Positions 42,915 through 58,496 of a stretch of 64,000 nucleotides of DNA are shown piece after piece (the stretch's first letter is position 1; every line of letters starts with the position of its first letter). The DNA lies in assembly GCF_009914755.1 (NCBI RefSeq), contig NC_060927.1; one strand, given 5' to 3'. Made by a program: the position numbers and the translations under genes. The stretch comes from the human T2T-CHM13v2.0 reference genome, Homo sapiens. The notes beneath the pieces were generated by a model. The model saw only the letters and a list, made by a program, of their open reading frames with translations. It was not told the origin of the DNA and searched no databases.

Positions 42915-43966
42915 TGTGCAGAATCAGAGGTCTTCTGAAAACTAATCCGAAGCCAAAGTTGGATAAGACAGAAACCTCAAATATATTTATTCCAAGACAT
43001 AAAACTAAAGAACGGGGATATAAGCCAGGGGCCAGGAAAAATTTTTAAATATATTTTTTAAATTTTTTCTACTATTTATTAAAAATTTTGTGGATACATA
43101 GTAGGTACATATATATTTATGGGGTGTATGAGATGTTTTCATCCAGGCAAGCAATGTGAAGTAAGCGATTAATGGATAATGAGGTATTTATCCCCTCAAG
43201 CATTTATCCTTTGAGTTACAAAAAATCCAATTACATTACTTTGGTTATTTTAAAATATACAATTAAGGTATTATTTACTGTAGTCACCCTATTGTGCTAT
43301 CACATAGAAGGTATTTTTCCTTTTTTTCTGATTTTTATTTGTTTGTTTGTTTGTTTGTTTTTGGTAACTCTTAACCATCCCCATCTCCACCGCAACCCCC
43401 CACTAACTTTCACAGCCTCTGGTAATTATCCTTTTGCTCTTTACGTCCATGAGTTCAGTTGATTTGATTTTTAGATCCTACAAATAAATGAGAATTTGCA
43501 ATGTTTGTCTTTATGTGCCTGGCTTATTTCACTTAATCTAATGACCTTAATTTCCATCAATGTTGTTGAGAATGACTGGATCTCATTCTCTTATATGGCT
43601 GAATAGTACTCTATTGTGTATATGTACCACATTTTCTATATCCATTCATCTGTTGATGGACACTTAGGTTGCTTCCAAATCTTAGCTATTGTAAACAATG
43701 CTGCAACAACAGTCGGAGTTCAGATATCTCTTCAATGTACTGATTTCATTTCCTTTGATATATACCCAGCAGTGGGATTGCTGGAGCATACAGTAGCTCA
43801 ATTTTTAGTTTTTGGAGGAACCACCAAACTGTTTTCCATAGTAATTACACTAATTTACTTTCCCACCAACAGTGTGCAAGTGTTCCCTTGTCTCAACAGC
43901 ATTTGTTATTTCCTGTATTTTGGATATACGCCATTTTAACTGGGGTGAGATGATATCTCATTGTAG

Positions 43967-47510
<3,544 letters not shown>

Positions 47511-50500
47511 TCAAATCTTTTGCCAATTTTTTCGATTGAAATATCAGATTTTTTTTCCCTATAGAGTTGTTTGAGCCCCTTATTTATTCTGGTTAGTAAT
47601 CCCTTTTCAGAGGAATAATTTGCAAATACTTTCACACATTCTGTGAGTTGTCTCTTCACTTTGTTGATTGTATCCTTGGCAGTACAGAAGCTTTTAAATT
47701 TGATGTTATTCCATTTGTCTGTGTTTGCTTTGTCTGTGCTTGTGGGAAATTGCTCAAGAAGTCTTTGCCCAGACGAATGTCCTGGAAATTTCCCCCAAAG
47801 TTTTCTTATACTAGATTTATAGTTTGAGGTCTTAGATTTAAGTCTTTAAATTATTTTAATTTGATTTTTGAAAATGGTGAGAGATAAGGGTCTAGTTTTA
47901 TTATTTTGTATATGGCTATCCTGTTTTTTCATTTTCCAGTTTTATTAAAGAGGCTGTCTTTATCCCAGTGTATGTTCCTGATACCTTTGTCAAAAATGTG
48001 TTCACTGTAGGTGTGTGGGTTTGTTTCTCGGTTCTCTATTCTGTTCCACTGGTGTATGTGTCTGTTTTTATGATAATAACATGCTGTTTTGGTTACTATT
48101 AGCTCTGCGGTATAATTTCAGGTCAGGTAAGTGTGATTTCTCCAGTTTTGTTCTTTTTGCTTAAGATAACTTTGGCTATTGTGGGTCTTTTGTGGTTCCA
48201 TATAAAGTTTAGGATTTTTTCTTATGTGAAGAATGTCATTAGTATTCTGATAGAGACTGTACCCAATCTGTAGAGTGCCTTGGGTAGTGTGGACATTTTA
48301 ACAATATTGATTCTTTCAGTCCATGCACATGGTGCATTTTTTTCATGTTTTGTGTCCTCTTCAATTTCTTTCATCAATGTTTTACAGTTTTAAATATTAG
48401 AAATTTCTCACTTCTTTGACTTATTCCTAGGTATTTATGCTTGGCTATTCTTAATGGGATTACTTTTTAAATTTCTTTTTCACATAGTTCGCTGTTGATA
48501 TGTAGAAATGCTAATGATTTCTGTATGTTTATTTTGTATCCTGCAACTTTACTGAATTTGATTACCAGTTCTAATAGTTCCCTTGTGTAGTTTTCGGTTT
48601 TTCCAAATATAAGATTATATCATCAGAAAACAAGGATAATTTGACTTCTTTCATTGTGACTTTTATGCCCTTTATATCTTTCTCTTGTGTGATTGTTCTA
48701 GCTAGGACTTCTAGTACCATGTTGCATAACAGTGGTGGTAGTGGACATCCTTGTAATGTTCCAGGTATTAGAGGAAAGGCTTTCAGTTTTTCCCCACTCA
48801 GTATGATACTAGCTGTGGGTCTATCATATATGGTTTTTTATTATGTTGATGTATGGTTCTTCTATATCCAGTTATTTGGGGGTTGGTTTTCTTTTTTATC
48901 ATGAAGGGATGTTGAATTTTATCAAATGCTTTTTTAGCATCAGTTGAAATGGTTATGGTTTTATCCTTCATTCTGTTGATATGATGTATCACATTTATTG
49001 ATTTGCATATGTTGAATCATCCTTGAATCCCAGGGATAAATCTCACTTGATCATAATGAATAATTTTTCTAATGTACTGTTGAATTCAATCTGATAGTAT
49101 TTTGTTGATTTTTGCAACAATATTTATCAGAGATATTGGGCTGCAGTTTTTTTGTGTGTCTGTGTCTGGTTTTAGTATCAGGGTAATACTTGGAAGTATA
49201 CCCACCTTCTCTATTTTTCAGAATAGTTTGAGTAGGATTGGTATTAGTTCTTCTTTAAATGTGTGGTGGAGTTCAGCAGTGAAACCATCAAGTCTCAGGC
49301 TTTCTTTACTGGGAGACTTTTTCTTACAGCATTGATCTCATTACTTCTTATTGGTCAGTTCAGGTTTTTTATTTCTTCCTGATTCAGCCTTGGTAGGTTT
49401 TATGTATCAAGGAATTTGTCCATCTCTTCTGGCTTTTCCAATTTATTAGCATATAGTTGCTTGTAGTAGCCACTGATTATTCTTTGAATTTCTGTAGTGT
49501 CAGTTATAATGTCTCCTTTTTTATTTCTGATTTTATTTATTTGGGTCTTCTTTTTCCTTGATTAGTCTGGCTAAAAGTTTGTCAAATTTTGTTTAACATT
49601 TCAAAAAAAACATTTTTTCTTTCATTGATCTTTTGTATTTTTTATTTCAATTTAAATTATTTCTTCTCTGGTCCTTATTATTTCTCTCCATCTACTAATT
49701 TTGGCTTTGGTTTGCTCTTCATTTTCTAGATCTTTAAGATACATCGGTAGATTTTCTATTTGAAGTTTCTTCTCTTATTAGATACAGGCACTTATAGCTA
49801 TAAGTTTCCCTCTGAGTACTGCTTTTGCTGTATCACATAGGTTTTGGTTGTGTTTCCATTAATATTTATTTCAAGATTTTTTAAAATCGTCTTCTTAATT
49901 TCTTCATTGATCCACTGATCAGTCAAGAGAATATTGTTTAATTTTGATGTATTTGAATAGTTTTGAAAATTGCTTGTTACTGATTTCTAGTTTTATTCCA
50001 TTATGGTCACAGAGGGTGCCTGATATTATTTCAAAAAGTTTTTGAATGCTTTAAGACTCATTTTTTACCTAATATATGGTCTATCCTTGAGAATGATCCA
50101 TGTGCTGAGGAAAGAATGTGTATTCTGCAGCTCCTGGATAGAATATTCTGTAAATATCTGTTAGATCCATTTGATCTATAATGTAGATTCAGACTGATTT
50201 TTTTTTTAATTGTTGTTGTTGATTTTCTGTTTGGAAGATCCGTCTAATGCTGAAAGTGGGGTGCTGAGGCCTCCAGCTACTATCGTATTGTGGCCTATCT
50301 CTCTCATTAGCTCTAATAATGTTTCCTTTATATACCTAGGTGCTCCAGTGTTGGGTTCATATATATTTAAAATTGTTATATCCTCCTGCTGAACTAACCC
50401 CTTTATCATTATATAGTGACCTTTTTATCTCTTCTTACAGTTTTTGTCTTGAAATCTATTTGTCTAAGTATAGTGACTCCTGCTCTTATTTGGTTTCCAC

Positions 50501-52199
50501 TGACATGGAACATCTCCTTCCATCCCCTTTTCAGTCTATGTGTTTCTTTATAGATGAAGGGTGTTTCTTGTAGGCAACAGATCAATGGGTCTTTTTTTAT
50601 TATTATCTATTTAGCCAGTCTTTGTCTTCTGATTGGAGAGTTTGGTCCATTTATATTCAATGTTATTATTGATAACCTTACTCCTGCCATTTTGTTATTT
50701 GTTCTCTTGTTGTCTTCTCTTTCTTTCATTCCTGTCTTCCTCTAGTTAATATGTTTTCTCTGGTGATATGATTTAGTGTCTTGATTTTTCATTTTTTGTG
50801 TAACCACTGTATGTTTTTTGGTTTGAGGTTACCATGAGGCTTGCAAATACTATCTTAAAACCCATTATTTTAATCCGATAACAACTTTACACTACTTGCA
50901 TAAACAAACAAGCAAAAAGAAATGTAATAAAAACTCTACCCCTTATCTTCATCCCCCACTTTTTAGCTTTTTGTTATTTCTATTTATATATTATTGTATT
51001 GATTATATCTTAAAAAGTTGTTATATTAATTTTGATTGGTTCATTGCTTAGTCTTTCTACTTAGGATAAGAGTAGTTCACACACCACACAGTTACAGTGT
51101 TATAATATTCTGTTTTTCTGTGTACTTACTATTACCAGTTAATTTTGTACCTTCAGGTGATTATTTATTGCTCATTAATGACTTTTTCTTTCTGATTGAA
51201 GTAATCCCTTTGGCATTTCTTGTTGGAGGGTCTGGTATTGATGAAATCCCACAGATTTTGTTTGTCTGGAAAGGTCTTTATTTCTCCTTCATGTCTGAAA
51301 TATATTTTCACTGGATATACTATTCTAGCATAAAAGTTATTTTCCTTCAGTGCTTTAAATATGCCATGACACTCTCTCCCGGCCTGTAAGGTTTCCACTG
51401 AAAAGTCTGCTGCCGGATGTACTGGAACTCCATTGTATGTTATTTCTTTCTTTTTTTTTTCTTGCTGCTTTTAGAATACTTGATTTATTCTTAACCTTTG
51501 GGAGTTTAATTATTAAAGTCCTTGAGGTACTTTTCTTTGGGTTAATCTGCTTGGTGTTTTATAACCTTCTTGTACCTGGATATTGGCATCTTTCTCTTGG
51601 GAAGTTCTGTGTTATTATTCCTTGGAATAAACTATCTACTCCTATCTCTTTCTTTACCTCCTCTTTGAGGCCAGTAATTGTTAGATTTGCCCTTTTGAGG
51701 CTATTTTCCAGCTCCTGTAGGTGTACTTTATTGCTTTTTATTGTTTTTTCTTTTGTCTCCTCTGACTGTGTACTTTCAAATAGCCTGTCTTCAAGCTCAC
51801 TAATTCATCCTGCTTGATCAATTCTGCTATTAAAAGACTCTAATGCATTCTTCAGTATGCCAATTGCATTTTTTAGCTCCAGAATTTCTACCTGATTCTT
51901 TTTTATTATTGTAATCTTTTTTAAATTTATCTGACAAAATTCTAAATTCCTTCTCTGCATTGTCTTGAATTTCTCTGAGTTTTTTCAAAACCACTAATTT
52001 GAATTCTCTGTCTGAAAGTTCACATATCTCTGTTTTTCCAGAATTGGTCCTTGATGCCTTATTTAGTTCAATTGGTGAGGTGAGGTCATGTTTTCCTGGA
52101 TGGTGTTAGTGCTAGGAGATGTTCTTCAGTGTCTGAGCATTGAAGGTTTACGTGAACAACATCTTGCTTGAAAGGTTGCTGCTGTGGTTTAAAAAGGGT

Positions 52200-53270
52200 C
52201 AATTTTTTAAAAAAATTAAGTTATTCATAGTTTAGAGCACTTGAATAAAGTATGTTTTTGTAAGCAAATTTACTTTTCTCTTTATCTGAGTTCTCCAAAA
52301 TTTTGATTGTTATTTTATGACAATATGGTTATTTGTGTAAGTTTAGTAAGAGTCTTTTAGAACAGAACATTTGGAGACACTGTTTATTTTATGAAGACTT
52401 TGACTAAAATAGCATATTTTAAGGTAAAATTCCAGCAAAGCCAACTTAAGAGGAGCCTATATAAGCATTCAATTATTGCTGTACTGTATATGAATAATCA
52501 GGCAAAGTATAATAAGTTCAAAACTTATTTTACACACAAATTGGTCTTACTATAATTTCTCTTTAATAGAAAAGGAATGCTAGAATGAAAGATAGAGATT
52601 GTTTCAAAGGAAAAGTGTAACACTTGATACAAGATTTTAGCCCTAGTGTTTTTTTTTTTTTTTGAGTGCAGATTGAATCATAAATTATTTCTTGGCTACA
52701 ATAACTCTCTAGAGAGTACCAGATTATAATTTTTCTTCATATCTTTTGTTGGTGCCCTAATGGAATAGGTTTCTATTTCCGTTCTGACACACAAATATGC
52801 TTATGATTGTCAAAATATTAATGTTATTGATTGAACCTTGTTTTACTTCCAAGGAAACAAAAATCATGGCATTCTGAAGGCCAGAGATGCGACCCTCTCT
52901 CATTTGGCATCCCACTGGGCCCAATCTGTTTTTCACTGCAAATGCCCTGCTGCTAAAACTATACAATCACCCTCCCTCTAGGCCCAAGGACTGTCATGGA
53001 AGAGGTGGGCACGTGAGATTGTAAGGGCTGGTTTTGAGGGATAGAATTAGATCAAGATCAAAAACTCCAAATCAAGGATGGCTGCAAAGATGCCTAAACA
53101 GCTAATAGAACAAGCGACTTTGCCTTCTTAGCTATCGTGCCTGGGTCACCCTTGCATCCAGTCAGTTTCATAACCTTGCCTTAATTTTAAGGGGTAAAAA
53201 AATGCTTGTCCACATCCACATCCATTCCTATCTGGCCTAGAACAATTAATGGGCTGTAAGTCATTTTGTT
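52200..53270. mobile_element. ERV1 MER4-group internal fragment without LTRs
   Basis: 'aataatcaggc.aagtataataag...aaacttatttt...aaattggtc.tacta', 'tttcttggctac', 'catttggcatcccactggg' resemble MER4-group internal consensus. Confidence 0.6.
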
Positions 53271-53364
53271 GTGATTATATGGTTCCTAACTGACAAAGTT
53301 TTGATTGAATATTGTTGAGGTGAAATAAAATGCTTAAATCTGTGCATTTCTTTAAACATTCGGT

Positions 53365-54090
53365 CATTCATTTTCTCATTAATTCAACCATTATTTATCA
53401 AGCACCAACTGTGCTTGGGTATGGGAATGCAACTGAGAACAAGAAAGTTATATTCTTTTTCACAGAAAACCCAGAAGTGGTTTTCAAGAGTAAGTAAAGC
53501 AATTACAATTAAATGGTGATAGTTGAGATGACAGAGAATCACCAGTCCCAGGCATGGTAGATCTTTCTAGAGGAGTGGAAGAATAATGTAAAACATGTGA
53601 TTCAAAAATTAGCAACCATTAAGTCCAGTAAATCATGTTTTCATGTGTGATGTGGGATGGAGGGGCAGGGAAGGCATGCCATGAGTGGTGTTGGAGGCAT
53701 AACCACAGCAACCCCTGAAGAACCAGAAATTAAAAAGGGTGTGGCTTGTTTGTGGGACCGAAATTCTTCACTCTGGCTGGATCTCAGAGTTTGATGTGAA
53801 TCGTGAGAGTGTAAACGGGAAAATAAAACCAGATGCAAAGGGGTTTGTACACGCATTTTGTACACTTTGTAAACCTCAAGATTATGGATTTTTTTTCTTG
53901 AGATTGGTGACAAGCTGTAGAAAGGTTTAAAGTAAGGGGGTGCCATGATCTACTTCACCTTTTAGAGCAATCCCTCTGGCTGCAGCAGCACAGGTTACCT
54001 ACAAGAATGCAAGGATGGAGTCAGGAAGACCAGATATTGGGGGCAGGAGTAACGTATTACTTGTAGTAATGTAGTCCGTGTAGCCATTGT
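53365..54090 (-). mobile_element. L2 fragment
   Basis: 'cattcatt...ttcaacca.tattta.caagcacc', 'catgatctacttc.cctttt...ccctctggctgc'. Confidence 0.7.
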
Positions 54091-56064
54091 AACATGTAGA
54101 TGAAGGTTGCTGCTCAGTCACTATTACAGTGGCCAAAATTGATTATGGCCAAAAATACAAAATAATTATTGTACTTTCATATTTCAGAATTTAAAATCTG
54201 TATTATTTCTCTGCCTGGTCAATTATCAACTATATAATTGTCTTCTAAAATTTCCCACATTCATCAAATCTGGTCATGCTTTAATCAACACTCAAGAGAG
54301 TTACATTTAAAAAATAAAAATAGAATTGCATTACTCCCTCTTACAATTATTCACTGTCATCCCATCACTCTTCGGGTAAAGACATTTTTAACATGTCTTT
54401 CCATATTCTGTACTACAGCAAACTCTTCAGCTTCTGGCATTATCGTTTACAATCTGCCCTCAACACTCCAACCACATTTACCTTTCCGTGGCCACTCTTA
54501 TCCACCAGATTAGATTAGCTCCTTTCTCCTAGACAGTCTCATATCATTTGTCTTTTCCTTCTTATGACCGACTGGTATTATAAGCAATGATTGATAGTTC
54601 CAGAAATATAGTGAACTGAGCTGATATGAACCCTCCTTGCTTTTACAAACACACTAAAATGATGTATGAAGTATAACAAGAAAAACGCTTAAATGCATAA
54701 ACAATCTCAAAGGAAGAAAAGTTAAATCCCTAGGCTTCAGCACTAAAGAAGAAAATATTAAAGCCAGAGAAATGAGCAAAAACTCACACTGCCATAGCCA
54801 CTGTGATTTTTTTTAAATCCAAGTTTAGGATCTGAGGGCTGGTAGCTAGTCTTTCATGTCCATAAATGAACGCCAGGAGATAACTGTAGATAAAATTTAT
54901 TTCTGTACATGAAGACTGAAGCTGCAAAAGTTGAAAAGAGAACCAGAAAAAGGTAGAAAAGACAATGAGAATATTTTTTATTTCTTTCTAGACACTAAGG
55001 AAGCATTGAAAAAAGTCAGCTATTAAAAATAAAAACCTAAACCTCTTACATGCGTAATTATTCCAACTAAATCTTCATTTTTATTATGATGCTATAATTC
55101 TGAGGCACAAAATTAAAATGGAAACTGGTTTAAGACTGCTTCAGCCACAGCAGAAGTCCACACAAAAATCTTTTGAGACACTTGCAGGACCCCTAGCTTG
55201 CCACCAATATTAATATAAAGTCCCAGCTCTTGACGTGTACAAGATGAGAGTACAGGACCCTTTGCATCTGGCTTTACTTTCCTCTTTAGATTAAACTCTC
55301 TCCACTGATATAAAACTTTGAGATCCAGCCAGAGTGAAGAATTTCAGTCCCACAAACAGCCATATCTTCTTTTTTTTTAATATCCCTGGTATTTTAGATG
55401 TGCCTGTGGCTGTGCCCCGAAGGCTTGTGATGACATGTCCCTTTTCACAAGGTGTTTACTTCATGAGACTCCCTTAAAACAAATTGTCTCCTGTACAGAT
55501 TTAGTTTATGTATACCCCAGATTCAGGCTGGTCTTTCTGCTACCTGGGCCTCAGTTGCGTGTCTTAATTCCTGGGTGAACAACTCTAATGATGACTCATA
55601 CTCTTCTTATAGTAAAGTATCACTGCCGTTCGCTACAAATATCACGCACTTCTATGTAGACCAAAGATGACAATACTACATCAATTAACAAAGAAAGACC
55701 GCCACAGCAGCATATTCGCCAGAATGGATCTGCAAATATACTACCTTTCTCAGCAGCTTCCCAAAGTGCAAAGGGACACCTTCCCCTAGGAGTAGATTTT
55801 GATCAGTCAGAGAAAAAGACAGCAAGAAGACAGCAGATAAATTTCTCTCCCTTTATTTCTTTACCAATGGACTCTTCCAAAATGCAGCATCCCATGGAGG
55901 CTGCCTGGAGATAGTATGCATGACTGAGTACAAGCTGTGCTTTGTTGGAAAGCTGTGGACATCTCCGTAATGCATTATCTTATATTTGCTCCGATTCTTT
56001 CCCTAGCTCACTTTCCTTTTTCTTTCGCCTCTCCTTCCCCAGGTGGTTGCCTTCCAATATAACA

Positions 56065-56620
56065 CAGTCATGTGCTGCATAACAACATTTTGCTAACGAT
56101 GGCCTGCATGGGTAGTCCTATAAAATTATAATGAAACTGAAAAATTCTCATTGCCTAGTGACATCATAGCCATCTTAACCTTGTACCGCAACGCAATACT
56201 CACGTGTTTGTGGTGATGATGGCATAAACAAACCTACTGAGCTCCTGGTCATGTAAAAGTATAGCACATATAATTATGTATAGTACATAAAAGTTGATAA
56301 TGATAATGAACAACTATGTTACTGGTTTATGTATTTATTATACTATGATTTTTAACATTATTTTAGAATGCATTCATTCTACTTATAAAAAAAAGCTAAC
56401 TGTAAAACAGCCTCAGGCAGGTCCTTCAGGAAATATTTCAGAAGAAGGCATTGTTATCGTAGGAGATGACAGCTCCATGTGTGTCATTGCTCCTGAAGAC
56501 CTTCCAGTGGGACAAGACATGGAGACAGAAGACTGATATTGATGATGCTGACCCAGTGTAGGCCTAGGCTAGTGTGTGTGTATTTGTGTCTTAGCTTTTA
56601 CCAAAATGAAGTTTAAAAAT
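56065..56620. mobile_element. Tigger3/Tigger3b (Golem) DNA transposon, one end only
   Basis: TIR 'cagtcatgtgctgcataac' and 'aaacagcctcaggcaggtccttcagg...gaagaccttccagtgggacaaga'; stops abruptly at about 56620. Confidence 0.88.
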
Positions 56621-56653
56621 GTTGTATGATTATTTTTTGTTCTGAATACTTAC

Positions 56654-56723
56654 CAAGAAACAACTTACAAAGAGAGGAAGCATCAAGGCACCTCAGTGTG
56701 TCTTTTTAAAGCTAACATTATCA
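56654..56723 (-). other. Candidate exon (70 nt)
   Basis: Minus strand: acceptor ttttctgtgttttaattttttttctcAG, donor TTG|GTAAGT. Confidence 0.55.
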
Positions 56724-57056
56724 CTGAGAAAAAAAATTAAAACACAGAAAAAGCTATTCTTCTTAAGAAAAAGTTTGAGTGTTTTTAACAAATCTATGAA
56801 TTGATTTGCAATTTCATGATATCTTCATTGGTAATGTACCTTCAACTATCCAATCATGTGCACATATTTTACTTAGCAGGCACTTAATACAGGCTGAATT
56901 ACCTAGATATATTCAACTGATTACCTGTCTCTATTAGAATACACACGTGGTTGCTAACTACCTCTCTTAAACTCTAATGATGCATCAATAAATAGGAAGT
57001 TATGAAGCAAATTGAGACAACTATCTAAATCATCCTAGCAAAAATTCCCTTTTTAC

Positions 57057-57112
57057 CTGGAATACTAGGCCAACAAAATATCATTAATTTCTGGAACTTG
57101 TGAAGTTTGCCT
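57057..57112 (-). other. Candidate exon (56 nt)
   Basis: Minus strand: acceptor ttttcctaattaactgaacAG (weaker), donor CAG|GTAAAA. Confidence 0.35.
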
Positions 57113-57764
57113 CTGTTCAGTTAATTAGGAAAATGAGTCTCTAAACAAATTAATAATGTAAACAAGCAGATTGTGGTCTCCACAAGAGTCAAGGGCAAAT
57201 AACTGCTATTATCTATTTGTAAATTCAGTCAAGGAAGGAGAGTTTTGTCATCATACAGAATATTTTATTATAAAATTTATTATATGATATTAATTATATA
57301 AAATAAATTAACATTATCACATTAAATTAATGTTATTAGAGAAAATTAGATTTTGAAATATTTTATTCTCATTGCTCTATCTTTACTATATTTATTTGAA
57401 TGTTCTAGTAGCATGTAGAATCTAATAAAATATCAACTGTATAGGGATCTGAAAATACATTGTAGCTATTATTCATTTTTGAATTTTCAATGTCAGAAAG
57501 TTCATTGTCACAGGTAACCTAGTAAGCATAAATTAATAATTATTTTGAATTTAATTAGTTTAAATGTATCACGTACATTAACCAGTTAATGTAATCAACG
57601 TTAAATTTTACATGCCTTCTGCAAGAAGTTCTAAATCCCTAATGTACATCTCTAAAAGACCTGATTTCTTTCCCCAGATTTATCTCATCTTTTTATCCAT
57701 CCATCTCTTTCTTCCACTAACTAAAAATTATATCTCAATAGCTATAAATCAATTGCATCACTAG

Positions 57765-57910
57765 TCCCATTCCATCTATGAGAAAACTCCAGTTCAGAGA
57801 TGTTAAGTGACTTCATTAATGCCACACAGCTAAGCAGTAAGAAAGAGCCAGGAGTGGAGTCTAGAAACATCTAACTCCAGATCTATAGTCTTAACATTGC
57901 ACTATATTTG
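57765..57910 (-). mobile_element. MIR
   Basis: 'cccatt...atgagaaaact...ttcagaga.gttaagtgactt...cacacagctaag...gagccagga'. Confidence 0.8.
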
Positions 57911-58047
57911 CCATGTGCTGTCTGATATACAAGTCATAAAACTATTTCTCAATTCTCTGGGAAATTTCTACATGCCACTCTTGCTCAGCCTGTTCCATAT
58001 ACCCAGAGCCTATCACTTATGTCAGCCTTTTGAATTTTACAAATTCT

Positions 58048-58073
58048 TTATATCTTATTAAAATAAGATATAA
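58048..58073. repeat. Perfect inverted repeat (12-bp arms, 2-nt spacer)
   Basis: ttatatcttatt-aa-aataagatataa. Confidence 0.9.
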
Positions 58074-58252
58074 TTCCTTATGCCTTTTCCAGTTCTTCCC
58101 AATACAGAGTGATTTTTCTTTTTGTACAATTCTTAACCATTGGACCTATTCCCTTATTATGCCATTTGTCATTATTTACCGGCATTGTTTTTACATTTTT
58201 ATAGGTATTCTCTCCTCCACTAATTTAGGGGCTCTTTGATGATAAGAATTAC

Positions 58253-58291
58253 CTTGCTATACTTTAAATACACCAAAATTTGTTATGATTG
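58253..58291 (-). other. Candidate exon (39 nt)
   Basis: Minus strand: acceptor ctttctgtttttacttcttcAG, donor AAG|GTAATT. Confidence 0.45.
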
Positions 58292-58344
58292 CTGAAGAAG
58301 TAAAAACAGAAAGTATAATCTACCAATTTTATTCAGTTTAAATA

Positions 58345-58487
58345 GTGGCATACCTCAGAGATATTGTGGATTCAATTCCAGTCCTCTGCAATAAAGCAAG
58401 TCAGACCAAGTGTTTGGTTTCCCAGTGCATATAAAAGTTATGTTTATACTACACTGTAGTCTAGTAAGGGTGCAATAGTATTATGTC
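58345..58487 (-). mobile_element. Tigger1 terminal fragment
   Basis: TA plus TIR-like 'ggcatacctcagagatattg...tttcccagtgcatataaaagttatg'. Confidence 0.9.
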
Positions 58488-58496
58488 CATCTTATC

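Noticed and set aside
55650-55729. Possible fourth minus-strand exon (80 nt)
   Set aside because: Poor pyrimidine tract and several stops in the continuing frame
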